Notes: generated from the letters alone by a model not told the origin. A DNA stretch of 64,000 bases from an uncultured Trueperaceae bacterium (GCA_963815215.1 CAWFFU010000003.1:160001-224000); one strand, 5' to 3'; counted from the first letter of the stretch, positions 35,380 to 48,835 are shown. Translations and numbers: made by a program.

Positions 35380-35579
35380 TCCCGGCGCGGGGCTCGAGGA
35401 GTCCATGCATGCCGGGCGTCGCTCGCTGCCAGCGCGGGCCGCGTGCGATCCGGCCCAGATCCGTTCAGAGACGAAGCAGTACCGCGATGCCGCGGGGGAA
35501 GGCGCTCCAGCGCGCTGCTGGACAAGCGTGATGGCCTCCGGTAGACTCGGACCTGCAACTCGAAAGGAGAGCGAGCCTG

Positions 35580-36839
35580 ATGAGGAAGGTTCTCAAGGTA
35601 GGCGCAGTATTGGTGGCTCTGGCGTTTGGCTCGGCCATGGCGCAGAGCTGCACGGTGACGATCGGTAGCGTCATGGCCCTGACGGGATCCCTGGGGGTCC
35701 TGGGGCAGGCGATCGCGCAAGGTGCGCAGCTTGCCGTATCGGATCTGAACGCCGCCGGAGGCGTCGACGGCTGCACCGTGAAGCTGGCGCTGTCCGATGA
35801 CCAGACGCAGGCCAACGTCGGCGTCGATGCTGCCAAGAAGCTCGTCGACGTTCAGCACGTGCCGGCCATCGTCGGCGCGCTGTCGAGCGGGATCACCACC
35901 GCGATCCTCACCTCGGTGACGGCTCCCGGCAACGTCATCCTGATCTCGCCCGCTTCGACCTCGCCGACGCTGACTGACCTCGGCAAGCAGGGCAAGACCG
36001 GCGGCTATTTCTTCCGCACTGCCCCGTCCGACGCCCTGCAGGGTGTGGCCATGGCCAAGGAGGCACTCGACGGCGGCGTCAAGAAGGTGGCCGTCCTGTA
36101 CCTGAACAACGCCTACGGCCAGGGTCTCGCCGAGCAGTTCAGCGCGGCCTACCAGAAGCTCGGCGGCACCATCTCGCAGAGCGTCGTCTATAACCCGGAC
36201 CAGCCTTCGTACCGTTCCGAGGTCACCAAGGCGCTCCAGGGCGGTCCGCAGGGCCTGTTGCTGATCGGCTACCCGGGTGACGGCACCACCATCGCCCGCG
36301 AGTGGGTGGCGTCCGGTGGTCCGCAGACCTGGCTCCTGCCCGACGGTCTCGAGGACCAGCACTTCGTGAACGACGTCGGCCCGCAGTACTTCAAGACCGT
36401 CTACGGCACGGCGCCCGGCACCTCCAACACGCCGTCGCTGGCGACCTTCCGCTCGGAGTTCAAGGCCAAGTTCGGGACGCTGCCCACCCAGGCGTACATC
36501 ACCAACGCCTACGACGCCACGATCATCGTGGGCCTGGCGATGGAGTACGCCAAGACGACCACCGACACGGCTGCGATCCGTGACGCCATGCGCAAGGTCA
36601 CCGACCCCAACGGTCAGAAGGTCTACGCCGGCGTCAGCGAATTGGAAGCCGCGCACGGCCTGATGAAGCTGGGAACGACCGTCCAGTACATCGGCGCCAC
36701 CGGTCCGCTGCAGTTCGATCAGTACGGTGACGTGGCCGGCCCGTACGTGAAGTGGACCGTCAAGAACAACACCGTCACCGAGACCGGCATGGTCACGGTC
36801 GCGGAGATCCAGCAGGTCGAATCGCAGATGGGGCAGTAA
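35580..36839 (+). CDS. Branched-chain amino acid-type ABC transporter substrate-binding protein (LivK/J family)
   Basis: Signal peptide, IG...LTG, LNAAGGVDG, ISPASTSPTL, FFRTAPSD..QG, AYDA; RBS AAGGAG. Confidence 0.92.
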   Translation: MRKVLKVGAVLVALAFGSAMAQSCTVTIGSVMALTGSLGVLGQAIAQGAQLAVSDLNAAGGVDGCTVKLALSDDQTQANVGVDAAKKLVDVQHVPAIVGALSSGITTAILTSVTAPGNVILISPASTSPTLTDLGKQGKTGGYFFRTAPSDALQGVAMAKEALDGGVKKVAVLYLNNAYGQGLAEQFSAAYQKLGGTISQSVVYNPDQPSYRSEVTKALQGGPQGLLLIGYPGDGTTIAREWVASGGPQTWLLPDGLEDQHFVNDVGPQYFKTVYGTAPGTSNTPSLATFRSEFKAKFGTLPTQAYITNAYDATIIVGLAMEYAKTTTDTAAIRDAMRKVTDPNGQKVYAGVSELEAAHGLMKLGTTVQYIGATGPLQFDQYGDVAGPYVKWTVKNNTVTETGMVTVAEIQQVESQMGQ

Positions 36840-36858
36840 CCGCCCCGTAGCGATCGTT

Positions 36859-36896
36859 CGCGAAAGGGGCCGCCTTCGCTGGCGGCCCCTTTCGCG
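36859..36896 (+). terminator. Perfect 16-bp stem hairpin after the SBP gene (terminator or mRNA stabiliser)
   Basis: CGCGAAAGGGGCCGCC-TTCGCT-GGCGGCCCCTTTCGCG; no U-tract follows. Confidence 0.65.
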
Positions 36897-37044
36897 TGCA
36901 CGGGACGGGCACCCCGACGCGCGAACGCCGCGCGTGCTCGGGGCCCCCGGCGTATCTGTTAATATTCATGCGAGTGAATGCAGGCAATCTTCGCGCGAGC
37001 CGCGCCGGCGCCGCCTTCCGGGCTCGGCCACGACAGGGAACGGG

Positions 37045-37803
37045 ATGCTAGAAGCGACGAATCTGATCAAGGACTTCGGAGGCTTGCGAGCCGTCAACCG
37101 CGTGTCGTTCGAGATCGAGCAGCACACCATCACTGGGCTCATCGGTCCCAACGGTGCCGGCAAGACCACGCTCTTCAACATGCTGGCAGGGGCGTTGCGA
37201 CCGACCTCGGGAGAGATCGCCTTCCGGGACAAGCGCGTCGAGGGCAGGCCGCCTCACGTCATCTTCCGCTCCGGGCTGGTCCGAACCTTCCAGATCCCGC
37301 GACCGTTCGCGGAGATGACGGTGCTGGAGAACGTGATGCTGGTGCCCCTGGATCAGGCCGGGGAGCGCTTCTGGAACAACTGGATCAGGCGCGGGACAGT
37401 GCGCGCCCAGGAGCGCGCGGCCCGGGATCGGGCGCGCGAGACGTTGGCGTTCCTCGGCCTCGAGCGTCTCGCCGGCGAGTATGCCAAGAACCTTTCGGGC
37501 GGCCAGCAGAAGCTGTTGGAGATCGCTCGCGCCCTGATGGCCGATCCGACGCTGATCCTGCTCGACGAGCCGGGGGCAGGCGTCAACCCGACGCTCCTGG
37601 GGACCATCATGGACAAGTTGCAGGAGATTCACGACACCGGAATAACCTTCCTGATCATCGAACACAACATGGACCTCATCGCAGCGCTGTGCGACCCGGT
37701 GCTGGTGATGGCGCAGGGCGAGCTGCTCATGACGGGTACCCCGGACGAGGTGCGCTCCGACCAGCGCGTCCTCGAGGCCTACCTGGGGGGTGCGCCCGCA
37801 TGA
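37045..37803 (+). CDS. Liv-type ABC transporter ATP-binding protein (LivG-like)
   Basis: FGGLRAV, GPNGAGKTT, RTFQ, LSGGQ, LLDEPGAG, IEHNMD. Confidence 0.93.
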   Translation: MLEATNLIKDFGGLRAVNRVSFEIEQHTITGLIGPNGAGKTTLFNMLAGALRPTSGEIAFRDKRVEGRPPHVIFRSGLVRTFQIPRPFAEMTVLENVMLVPLDQAGERFWNNWIRRGTVRAQERAARDRARETLAFLGLERLAGEYAKNLSGGQQKLLEIARALMADPTLILLDEPGAGVNPTLLGTIMDKLQEIHDTGITFLIIEHNMDLIAALCDPVLVMAQGELLMTGTPDEVRSDQRVLEAYLGGAPA

Positions 37804-38528
37804 GCGATGTGGCCCTCGCTGTCGAAGGCGTGGTTGCCGGCTACGTGGCCGAAGTCGACATCCTTCGCGGTGTCGAGCTCGAAGTGCGTCCGGGCGAGAT
37901 CGTCACGGTCCTGGGCCCGAACGGCGCCGGCAAGTCCACCCTGATCAAGCTCATCGCCGGCCTGCTGCGCGTGCGCTCCGGCAGCGTGCGGCTCTTCGGC
38001 AAGGACATCAGCAACCTCCCGGCGCACCGCATGGTCGGCGAGGGCGTCGGCTACGTTCCTCAGACCAACAACATCTTCGCGAAGCTGACGGTCGAGGAGA
38101 ACCTGGAGATGGGCGCCTACGTCCGGCCGCAGGACCTGCGCGCGGGGCTCGAGCAGGCCTACGAGACCTTCCCCGACCTCAAGCGCTTCCGTCACCAGGC
38201 GGCGGGCCGGCTCTCGGGCGGTCAGCGGCAGATGGTGGCGATCGCCCGTGCGCTGATGCACCGGCCGCGCCTGATGCTCCTCGACGAACCCTCTGCCGGG
38301 CTGTCGCCCCTGCTGGTGGGCCACGTCTTCGACAAGATCCGGGAGGTCCGTGACATCGGGGTGACCATGCTGATCGTCGAGCAGAACGCCAAGGCGGCCC
38401 TGGCCATCTCGGACCGGGGCTACGTGCTCGCCGAAGGCCGTGACCGGGTCAACGGGCCGGCGCAGGAGCTGCTCGAGAACCCCGAGGTCGGCGAGCTCTA
38501 CCTCGGCGCGCGAAAGGGGCTAGCCTAG
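37800..38528 (+). CDS. Liv-type ABC transporter ATP-binding protein (LivF-like)
   Basis: GPNGAGKST, LTVEENLEMGA, LSGGQRQM, LDEPSAGLSP, VEQNA; ATGA overlap. Confidence 0.93.
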   Translation: MSDVALAVEGVVAGYVAEVDILRGVELEVRPGEIVTVLGPNGAGKSTLIKLIAGLLRVRSGSVRLFGKDISNLPAHRMVGEGVGYVPQTNNIFAKLTVEENLEMGAYVRPQDLRAGLEQAYETFPDLKRFRHQAAGRLSGGQRQMVAIARALMHRPRLMLLDEPSAGLSPLLVGHVFDKIREVRDIGVTMLIVEQNAKAALAISDRGYVLAEGRDRVNGPAQELLENPEVGELYLGARKGLA

Positions 38529-39418
38529 TGGGCCAGTACATCGCTGACGGCATCATCCTCGGCGCCACGCTGTCGCTCGGCGCGATCGGGCTGACGCTCA
38601 CGTTCAACATCTTGCGCTTCGCGAACTTCGCTCACGGCGAGCTTCTCACGTTCGGTGCGTACTTCGCCTTGGCGCTGGCCAGCGTGCTGTCGTTCGGGCC
38701 CACGCTGGGGTCGCTCACCTTCGGCTGGGGCTTCATCCTCGTGATCGTGCTGGCCGCTGTGTTGACGGCGGGACTGGCCCTGGTCGTGGACTGGCTGGTA
38801 TACCGGATCCTGCGCCGCAGCGATGTCGCGGTAGCGCTGGTGATCGCTTCGTTCGGTGCATCCTTGATGCTGCGCAACGTGGTGGTGTTGATCTGGGGGC
38901 CGCAGCCGGAATACTACTCGCGGACGATCTCCATCGCCCAGCCGCTCCTCCCCGGAGTGCGGGTGACAGCGGACGAGATCTTCGTGGTGGTGCTGGCGGC
39001 CGTGCTGATGATCGGCCTCCACCTGTTCCTCACCCGTACCCGCATGGGCAAGGCCATGCGTGCCGTCTCCGACAACGTGCTGCTGGCGCAGGTGACCGGC
39101 ATCAACGTGCACAACATCATCCGTCTCGTCTGGATCGTGGGCGGCTCGCTCGCGGCCATCGGCGGCGTGTTCTACGGCATCACCGTTCAGGTGGGGCCGA
39201 ACATGGGCTTCAACCTGATCCTGCCGATGTTCGCATCGGCCATCCTGGGCGGCATCGGGAGTGTCTACGGCGCCGTGCTCGGCGGCATGGTGATCGGGCT
39301 CGCGGAGTCGGTGTCGACGATGTGGATCGATCCCGCCTACAAGCCGGCGGTCGGGTTCGCGCTGATGTTCCTGATGCTTCTGGTCTATCCGAGTGGGCTC
39401 CTGGGAGAACGGTCGTGA
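38528..39418 (+). CDS. Liv-type ABC transporter permease (LivH-like)
   Basis: LGAIGLTL..NFAHGE, GKAMRAVSDN, ILGGIGS. Confidence 0.92.
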   Translation: MGQYIADGIILGATLSLGAIGLTLTFNILRFANFAHGELLTFGAYFALALASVLSFGPTLGSLTFGWGFILVIVLAAVLTAGLALVVDWLVYRILRRSDVAVALVIASFGASLMLRNVVVLIWGPQPEYYSRTISIAQPLLPGVRVTADEIFVVVLAAVLMIGLHLFLTRTRMGKAMRAVSDNVLLAQVTGINVHNIIRLVWIVGGSLAAIGGVFYGITVQVGPNMGFNLILPMFASAILGGIGSVYGAVLGGMVIGLAESVSTMWIDPAYKPAVGFALMFLMLLVYPSGLLGERS

Positions 39419-40380
39419 CCGGCCTCGCCTCCTACCTCGTATTCTTCCTCATCCAGGCGCTGGTGTACTCGGTGGTGGCGCTGGGCCTCAACCTTCAGTG
39501 GGGCTACACCGGGCTGTTCAACATCGGAGTCGCCGGCTTCTTCCTGGTGGGGGGATACACCTTCGCCATCCTCAGCGGACCGGCCTACAGCACCCATCTC
39601 GGTGGCTTCGGACTGCCGTTCGTGGTGGGGCTGGGAGGCGCCATCCTGGCATCGGCCCTGGTCGCCTGGGTGGTAGGCCTCCCGACGCTCAGGTTGCGAG
39701 AGGACTACCTGGCGATCGCCACCATCGGCATCGCGGTGACGCTGCAACTGGTCGCCCTGAACGCGCGCGGCCTGACCGGGGGGAGCCGGGGCGCGGAGAG
39801 CATCCCGAGACCGTTCGAGCACCTCACCCACAGCAGCCTGGCGAGCAACATCGTGTTCCTGGTGCTGATGGTGGTCGTGGTGCTGCTCATCTACTACGCG
39901 CTGGAGGCGATGGTCCGCTCACCATGGGGGCGCGTTCTGAAGGCCATCCGCGAGGACGAGGCGGCGGCCTCCTCGTTGGGCAAGAGTCCGTTCCGCTTCC
40001 GCCTCCAGTCCTTCGTGATCGGCAGCGCCATCATGGGGCTGGGCGGCGCGCTCAACGCCAGCTTCATCGGTTTCATCGCCCCGACGGACTTCCTGCCCAT
40101 CCTCACCTTCGAGATCTGGGCGATGCTCATCGTCGGGGGTAGCGGCAACAATCGCGGCGCCATCCTCGGATCGGTGCTGGTGTGGGCGCTGTGGACGGGC
40201 ACCGGCTCGTTGACGCAGGCGATCCTGCCGTCGGGCCTGCAGGTCAAGGGAGGCGCGCTGCAGATCATCCTCATCGGTCTGGTGCTGATGGTGATGCTGG
40301 TGCTTCGCCCGCGTGGCCTGATCGGTGAGGAGGCCGTGGTGTCGCGCGAGGCCGAGCTCGGTGGCGAGGGGCGCGGCTAG
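39415..40380 (+). CDS. Liv-type ABC transporter permease (LivM-like)
   Basis: LGLNLQWGYTGL, LRLREDYLAIAT, SPWGRVLKAIREDE, VGGSGN; GTGA overlap. Confidence 0.92.
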   Translation: MTGLASYLVFFLIQALVYSVVALGLNLQWGYTGLFNIGVAGFFLVGGYTFAILSGPAYSTHLGGFGLPFVVGLGGAILASALVAWVVGLPTLRLREDYLAIATIGIAVTLQLVALNARGLTGGSRGAESIPRPFEHLTHSSLASNIVFLVLMVVVVLLIYYALEAMVRSPWGRVLKAIREDEAAASSLGKSPFRFRLQSFVIGSAIMGLGGALNASFIGFIAPTDFLPILTFEIWAMLIVGGSGNNRGAILGSVLVWALWTGTGSLTQAILPSGLQVKGGALQIILIGLVLMVMLVLRPRGLIGEEAVVSREAELGGEGRG

Positions 40381-40535
40381 CCTCGGGCGACGACAACCGG
40401 CTACGTGCGACGGATCGGCGAGGTGGTGCTGTCGGGTGAGGCTCGGGAGCCATTCCACGACCACACCAAGGAGCGCGCCTGCCCGGGAGACGTGCAACCG
40501 GGCAGGCGCGCTGCAGCGTGGGCCGGAACGCCGCG

Positions 40536-41915
<1,380 letters not shown>

Positions 41916-42055
41916 GGGTTACCTTGTACCACGGCGCTTCCGGGCCACGGAAAGGCGGAATGTCCCACCTCAGGCCGAATGTCCTCCGCCGGCCGGGGCG
42001 CTGCGACGAGCGTGCGTTTGCGTCCACCAGGGCACGACGGGTATCCTTGCAGGCC

Positions 42056-43339
42056 ATGACCTCGAGGAGCGTGGCGAGCGCGGCCCCCCCGGACCTGCCG
42101 CTGGTGCACAAGTACGGCGGTACCAGCGTCGGCGACGTCGAACGCATCCGCAAGGTGGCCGCCCGTATCGCCGCCGCCGCTGCCGATGGGCGGCGTATCG
42201 CCGTCACCGTCTCCGCCATGGGTCACAGCACCGACCGCCTGGTCGGCCTGGCGCGCGAGCTGTCCGCCCGCCCCTCGCGGCGTGAGCTCGACGTGTTGCT
42301 GGCGACGGGTGAGCAGCAGTCGATCGCGCTGGTGGCCATCGCGCTACTGTCGCTGGGCGTGAAAGCGCGTTCGTTCACCGGTGCGCAGGCGGGCTTCCTG
42401 ACCGATGCGCGCCACGGCAGTGCACGCATCCTGGAGGTCGACACCCGTGGCGTGCGCGCAGCGCTCGAGGCCGGCGAGGTGGCGTTGGTGGCGGGCTTCC
42501 AGGGCGTGGACTCCGGGGGCGCCATCACCACCCTCGGGCGCGGCGGCTCGGACACCACCGCGGTGGCGCTGGCCGCGGCCCTGGGCGCTCCCGAGTGCGA
42601 GATCTTCACCGACACCGAAGGCGTGTACACCACCGACCCGCACCTCATCCCCACGGCGCGGAAGCTCGACGCCGTCGACTACGACGAGATGCTCGAGCTC
42701 GCCGCACTCGGTGCCGGCGTGCTCCACCCCCGCAGCGTGTGGTACGCGCGCCGCTACGGCGTACGCATCCACGTCCGTAGCTCGTTCAGCCATAACCCGG
42801 GGACCATCGTTACCCGGCTCGAGCGCCCCCAGGAGGCCCGCATGATCACGGAGAAGCCGGTCACCGGTGTGGCCCTCGACCTGAACCACGCCCGCATCGA
42901 CGTCCACGGAGTGCCGGACGAACCCGGCATCGCCGCGCGCCTGTTCACCGCGCTCGGGCGCGCCGGGGTCAGCCCCGACATGATCGTCCAAGGCGTGCGC
43001 GCCGTGTCGGAGAGCCGTCAACAGATGGCGTTCACGGTCCCGCAGGACGCCATGGAAGAGGCCCTCGAGGCGCTGCGTCCTGTGCTGGACGGGCTGGGAG
43101 CCAGCGCCACGGCCGATCCCGACGTGGCCAAGCTGTCGATCGTGGGCATCGCCGTCGGGTCCACGCCGGGAGTGGCCGGCCGCATGTTCGACGCCGTCGC
43201 CGGCGCGGGCTCCAACATCGAGATGATCACCACCAGCGAGGTCCGCATCAGCGTCGTCATCCCGGCGCTGCGCGCCAGGGAGGCGCTGCGCGCGGTCCAC
43301 GCAGCGTTCGGCCTGGACGCTCCCGAGCGGGCGGGTTAG
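42056..43339 (+). CDS. ask: Aspartate kinase (alpha subunit)
   Basis: [37 protein letters not shown]-terminal ACT domains. Confidence 0.96.
   Translation: MTSRSVASAAPPDLPLVHKYGGTSVGDVERIRKVAARIAAAAADGRRIAVTVSAMGHSTDRLVGLARELSARPSRRELDVLLATGEQQSIALVAIALLSLGVKARSFTGAQAGFLTDARHGSARILEVDTRGVRAALEAGEVALVAGFQGVDSGGAITTLGRGGSDTTAVALAAALGAPECEIFTDTEGVYTTDPHLIPTARKLDAVDYDEMLELAALGAGVLHPRSVWYARRYGVRIHVRSSFSHNPGTIVTRLERPQEARMITEKPVTGVALDLNHARIDVHGVPDEPGIAARLFTALGRAGVSPDMIVQGVRAVSESRQQMAFTVPQDAMEEALEALRPVLDGLGASATADPDVAKLSIVGIAVGSTPGVAGRMFDAVAGAGSNIEMITTSEVRISVVIPALRAREALRAVHAAFGLDAPERAG
42842..43339 (+). CDS. Putative aspartate kinase beta subunit (nested, in-frame)
   Basis: Internal AGGAGG at 42831-42836 followed by in-frame ATG 42842 at the start of the ACT region (165 aa). 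Confidence 0.7.
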   Translation: MITEKPVTGVALDLNHARIDVHGVPDEPGIAARLFTALGRAGVSPDMIVQGVRAVSESRQQMAFTVPQDAMEEALEALRPVLDGLGASATADPDVAKLSIVGIAVGSTPGVAGRMFDAVAGAGSNIEMITTSEVRISVVIPALRAREALRAVHAAFGLDAPERAG

Positions 43340-43350
43340 GAGCGGCGCCG

Positions 43351-43653
43351 GTGCGTACCGACCGCGTGGAGCAGCTCTTCGTGCGGCGGCGTGCCGGGCG
43401 CATCGAGGTGCTGATGGTGCTGGAGTCCCCCGCCGGCGGTCGTCAGCGCGAGACCCTGCAGACCCCGACGAGTTCGCCGGAGGCGGCCGTGCGCTTCACC
43501 GCCACCCACCTGTCGCGGCGGGGCATCGTGGCCTCCGATCGCCTCCGCCTTCGGATCGAGCGCGGCGGTGACCTGGTCGACGACGCACCGCTGCGCGAGC
43601 TGCTGGTGGCGACGCTGGCGCGCGAGGCGCCCGACGATGGGCCTGGGGACTGA
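43351..43653 (+). CDS. Hypothetical protein (100 aa)
   Basis: GTG start after AGGAG; fills the gap between ask and the NUDIX gene. Confidence 0.65.
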   Translation: MRTDRVEQLFVRRRAGRIEVLMVLESPAGGRQRETLQTPTSSPEAAVRFTATHLSRRGIVASDRLRLRIERGGDLVDDAPLRELLVATLAREAPDDGPGD

Positions 43654-43713
43654 CACCGTGGGACGGACACCGTGAGGCTGAAACTGTGGGGCTGAAGCTG
43701 TGGGGCTGAGACT
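43652..43713 (+). repeat. Degenerate 14-bp tandem repeat (4 units plus partial)
   Basis: gacaccgtgggacg / gacaccgtgaggct / gaaactgtggggct / gaagctgtggggct / gagact. Confidence 0.7.
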
Positions 43714-44248
43714 GGCCACGCTGGCCTACCTGAGGCGGGACGGGCGCACCCTGATGCTCCACCGCAGCGGCCGCGAGGACGACTACCACCGCGGGCGTTA
43801 CAACGGCCTGGGCGGCAAGTTCGAGCCCGGTGAATCGCCGGAGGCGTGCCTGCGGCGCGAGGTCCTCGAGGAATCGGGGCTGAGTGTCGAGGAAGCGCAC
43901 CTCAAGGGCTTCTTGACGTTCCCTGCGTTCGACGGCAAGGACGACTGGTACGCCTTCGTCTACGTCGTGCCGCGTTTCTCCGGTGCGCTCGCCGAGCGCT
44001 CCCCCGAGGGCACGCTGCACTGGGTGTCGGACGATGCGCTGCTCGCCCTGCCGTTGTGGCCGGGCGATCGGGTGTTCCTGCCGTGGCTCACGCGGCCCTC
44101 CCTGTTCTCCGCGACGTTGCGCTACGAAGGGGGCCACTACCAGGGCTACCAGGCGGCGTTCTACGGCCCGGGAGGCGTCTTCGTCGGGGCGGAGGAGGGC
44201 GGCGCGGACGGATCCGGCCGGACGGATCCGGCCGGGCCGATCAGGTGA
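43700..44248 (+). CDS. NUDIX hydrolase (8-oxo-dGTPase/MutX-like)
   Basis: NGLGGKFEPGESPEACLRREVLEESGL NUDIX box, EGTLHWV, LWPGD..F. Confidence 0.9.
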   Translation: MGLRLATLAYLRRDGRTLMLHRSGREDDYHRGRYNGLGGKFEPGESPEACLRREVLEESGLSVEEAHLKGFLTFPAFDGKDDWYAFVYVVPRFSGALAERSPEGTLHWVSDDALLALPLWPGDRVFLPWLTRPSLFSATLRYEGGHYQGYQAAFYGPGGVFVGAEEGGADGSGRTDPAGPIR

Positions 44249-44564
44249 GGCCGGCCAGACTGGCGCGGTCGACCCGTGCCACCAGGCGCTGGGCCAGCAT
44301 GACGTTGCCGTCGAGCTTCAGCTTGCCGGTCATGAAGGCCGACATGGGGTTCAACTCACCCGTCATCAGCCGGACGAGATTCTCGTCGCTCACGCGGATG
44401 GTGACGTCGGGCGCCTCGGCTTCACCGTCGTGCGCCGTCAGCCGGCCGTTCTCGAGCACGTGGTAGACGGGTTCGGAGATGGCGTACTGGATCACGGCGT
44501 TCTCGGCCATATCGCTGGCGTCGAAGCTCTCGGGGATGCGGTGGAGCAGCTCCTTCGCGTTCAT
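44241..44564 (-). CDS. SCP2 lipid-binding domain protein
   Basis: PDVTI, GELNPMSAFMTGKLKLDGN. Confidence 0.9.
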   Translation of the reverse strand: MNAKELLHRIPESFDASDMAENAVIQYAISEPVYHVLENGRLTAHDGEAEAPDVTIRVSDENLVRLMTGELNPMSAFMTGKLKLDGNVMLAQRLVARVDRASLAGLT

Positions 44565-44649
44565 GCCGACAGTCTAGCGGTTGTACGCCGGCGGAGGGTC
44601 GCCGGCGGAGCTTAGACGGCCGCTCGGTATACTCGGCGGTGCGCCCGCG

Positions 44650-45825
<1,176 letters not shown>

Positions 45826-45861
45826 GCGACCACCGGAGCTTCCCACGATAGGAGCGGCAGC

Positions 45862-47013
45862 GTGATCGATTTCGAGCTCAGCGACGAGCAGAAGCAATTC
45901 CAGAGCCTGGCGCGGCAGTTCGCGCGGGAGCACATCGCGCCGGTCGCCGCTCAGCACGACCGCGAGGAGAGCTATCCGGAGGAGGTGATCCGGCGCGGGC
46001 ACGAGCTGGGGCTGCTCAACACCATCGTTCCCGAATCGGCCGGTGGCCTGGGGCTGGGGTCGCTCGACGAGGCCGTCATCGGTGAGGAGCTCGGCTACGG
46101 TTGCATGGGGATCTACACCATCTTCATGGCCTCGGAGCTGGGCATCACGCCTTTGTTGCTGGCGGGCAGCCCGGAGCAGCACGAGCGCTTCCTGCGGCCT
46201 CTGACCCAAGGGCCGAAGCTCGCGGCGTTCGCGCTGTCCGAGCCCGACAACGGTAGCGATGCCGGGGCCATGAAGACGCGGGCCGTCCTCGACGGTGACG
46301 ACGTCATCCTGAACGGCAGCAAGATGTGGATCAGCAACGGCGACAGGGCCGAGTTCACGGTGGTGTTCGCCAGCTTCGATCCCGGGCGCAAGCACCACGG
46401 CACGTTGGCTGTGGTGGTCGAGGCCGGCCGGGAGGGCTTCAGCGCCCGCAAGCTGCATGGCAAGCTGGGACAGCGCGCCAGTCCCACCGCCGAGCAGGTG
46501 TTCGACGACGTGCGCGTGCCGCGCGCCAACATCCTGGGCGAGCCGGGCGACGGCTTCCGCATCGCCATGCAGACGCTCGACAAGACGCGCATCCCGGTCG
46601 CGGCGGGCTCCGTGGGGGTGGCGCGCCGCGCCCTCGACGAGGCCCTGGCCTACGCTGCCGAGCGCCACGCCTTCGGCCGCCCCATCGCGCGCTTCCAGGC
46701 CATCCAGTTCAAGCTCGCGGAGATGAAGATCGGCATCGAGACGGCGCGCTGGCAGACCTATCATGCCGCCTGGCTGGCGGACCGGGGGTTGCCACACACG
46801 GAGGCGTCCGCCATCGCCAAGGCCTATGCCTCGGACATGGCTTTCAAGTCCGCCGAGGAGGCGCTCAACGTTCACGGTGGCTACGGCTACGTCAACGAGT
46901 ACCCGGTCGAGAAGCTGATGCGCGACGTCAAGCTCAACCAGATCTACGAGGGGACGAACGAGATCCAGCGGGTGGTCATCGCCCGCGGCCTGTTGCGGCA
47001 GGTCCTAGAATAG
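45862..47013 (+). CDS. Acyl-CoA dehydrogenase
   Basis: [47 protein letters not shown]. Confidence 0.95.
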   Translation: MIDFELSDEQKQFQSLARQFAREHIAPVAAQHDREESYPEEVIRRGHELGLLNTIVPESAGGLGLGSLDEAVIGEELGYGCMGIYTIFMASELGITPLLLAGSPEQHERFLRPLTQGPKLAAFALSEPDNGSDAGAMKTRAVLDGDDVILNGSKMWISNGDRAEFTVVFASFDPGRKHHGTLAVVVEAGREGFSARKLHGKLGQRASPTAEQVFDDVRVPRANILGEPGDGFRIAMQTLDKTRIPVAAGSVGVARRALDEALAYAAERHAFGRPIARFQAIQFKLAEMKIGIETARWQTYHAAWLADRGLPHTEASAIAKAYASDMAFKSAEEALNVHGGYGYVNEYPVEKLMRDVKLNQIYEGTNEIQRVVIARGLLRQVLE

Positions 47014-47086
47014 TCGGGCGGGGAGGCGCCTGCCCCTCGGGACCCTCGAATACCGCCGCGCCGACGGGCGCGGCCTGGAGGACAGC

Positions 47087-47845
47087 GTGAAGATCGTGAC
47101 CATCCTGAAGCAGGTGCCCGACGCCGAGGCGCGGGTACGGACCAGTGGCGGGGAGGTGGACCTCGGCGGGGTCACCTTCGTGATCGACGGCATGGACGAG
47201 TACGGCGTCGAGGAGGCGTTGCGCATCCGCGAAAGCGGCCTCGAGGCCGAGGTGGTGGTGCTGGCGCTCGGGCCGCAGCGCTTCGAGGAGGCGGTCCGCA
47301 CCGCCCTCGCCATGGGTGCCGATCGCGCCGTGCACATCGAGACCGACGACGCGCTCGACGCCATCGCGCAGGCGCGCGTGCTGGCGACCGCGATCCAGCA
47401 GGAGGCCGCCGATCTGGTGCTGGTGGGCGGCAAGGAAGCGGATTGGGACAGTGCGGCGCTGGGCGCCGCCGTGGCCGAGGCGCTCGGCTGGGCGCACAGC
47501 GACTGGACCACAGAGCTGCGCCTCGAAGGTGGAAGGTTGCACACCCGGCACGACACGGACGACGGCAGCGAGGCGTTGAGCCTGCCGCTTCCCGCGGTGG
47601 TGACGACGCAACAGGGGCTCAACGAGCCCCGTTACCCCACGCTCCCCAACATCATGAAGGCCAAGCGCAAGGAGCTCGCCAAGAGGACGCTGCAAGACTA
47701 CGGCGGCGCCGAAGCGCTGACGACCACGCTCGAGCAGACCATCCAGACCCGCGAGCGCATCGGAAAGGTACTCCAGGGCGACCCCGGTGAGGCCGCCCGC
47801 GAGCTGGTACGGCTCCTGGCCGACGAGGCCAAGGTGCTGTCGTAG
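47087..47845 (+). CDS. etfB: Electron transfer flavoprotein beta subunit
   Basis: [36 protein letters not shown]. Confidence 0.95.
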   Translation: MKIVTILKQVPDAEARVRTSGGEVDLGGVTFVIDGMDEYGVEEALRIRESGLEAEVVVLALGPQRFEEAVRTALAMGADRAVHIETDDALDAIAQARVLATAIQQEAADLVLVGGKEADWDSAALGAAVAEALGWAHSDWTTELRLEGGRLHTRHDTDDGSEALSLPLPAVVTTQQGLNEPRYPTLPNIMKAKRKELAKRTLQDYGGAEALTTTLEQTIQTRERIGKVLQGDPGEAARELVRLLADEAKVLS

Positions 47846-47862
47846 ACGTGCAAGGAGACGGC

Positions 47863-48834
47863 ATGATCCTGATCGTGACCCAAGCCAACGCGGACCGCGC
47901 CCAGAAGACGGACCTGGAGCTGGTCCGGGCCGCGCGCGAGCTCGCCGCAACGCTCGGCCTGCCGCTGGCCGCGGCGGTGCTGGGCGCCGACCCGGCGCCC
48001 AAGGCCGACGACCTGGCGCGCTACCTGCCGACCGTCTACCGGCTCGCTTCCGGCGCGCTGGCTCCCTTCCGTGCCGAGCCGTTCACCAGCGCCGTGTACG
48101 GCCTGGCGCAGCGGATCGGCGCCCGCGTGGTACTGATGGCGGCGTCGCGCTCCGGTCAGAGCCTGGGCCCTCGCCTGGCGATGCGCATGGGGGCGCCGCT
48201 GCTCGAAGACGTCATCGCGCTCGAGGTGACGGGCGGCAAGCTGACGGCGACACGCTTCACCTACCTGTCGCGCGTCACGGAGAGGGTGCAGGCCGAGTCG
48301 CTTCCCGCTGTCGTGAGCGTCAAGCCCAACGTGTTCACGGCCGCCGAGCCCGCCGACGCGACGGGCGCCGCCGAGGACGGCGAGGTTGTGTTGGGCGAGC
48401 ACGACGAACGCGTCGAGGTCGGCGAGCGGACCAGCGCGAAGGGCGGGCGCGTGGCCCTGGAGGACGCCAAGATCGTCGTCACGGGTGGCCGCGGTATGGG
48501 CGACGCCGACGGCTTCGTCAGGCTGGTGGAGCCGCTGGCCGATGTGCTGGGCGCGGGCGTCGGGTCGACGCGCGCCGTGGTCGATGCCGGATGGCGGCCC
48601 TACGTCGAGCAAGTCGGGCAGACGGGCAAGACCGTGGCCCCCGACCTCTACCTCGCGCTGGGCGTGTCCGGCGCCGTCCAGCACCTCTCCGGCATGAACC
48701 GCTCGAAGGTGATCGTAGCGATCAACAAGGACCCGGACGCCCCCATCTTCAAGGTGTGCGACTACGGTGTGGTCGGTGACGTGAACTCCGTGGTGCCGCC
48801 GTTGAGGGAGGCGCTGTCGGAGCGCGGCGCCTAG
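47863..48834 (+). CDS. etfA: Electron transfer flavoprotein alpha subunit
   Basis: [54 protein letters not shown] 47863 after AAGGAG. Confidence 0.95.
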   Translation: MILIVTQANADRAQKTDLELVRAARELAATLGLPLAAAVLGADPAPKADDLARYLPTVYRLASGALAPFRAEPFTSAVYGLAQRIGARVVLMAASRSGQSLGPRLAMRMGAPLLEDVIALEVTGGKLTATRFTYLSRVTERVQAESLPAVVSVKPNVFTAAEPADATGAAEDGEVVLGEHDERVEVGERTSAKGGRVALEDAKIVVTGGRGMGDADGFVRLVEPLADVLGAGVGSTRAVVDAGWRPYVEQVGQTGKTVAPDLYLALGVSGAVQHLSGMNRSKVIVAINKDPDAPIFKVCDYGVVGDVNSVVPPLREALSERGA

Positions 48835-48835
48835 C

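Noticed and set aside
43652..43713. Possible CRISPR array
   Set aside because: Units are 14 bp, contiguous, and lack spacers; no cas genes are in the window.
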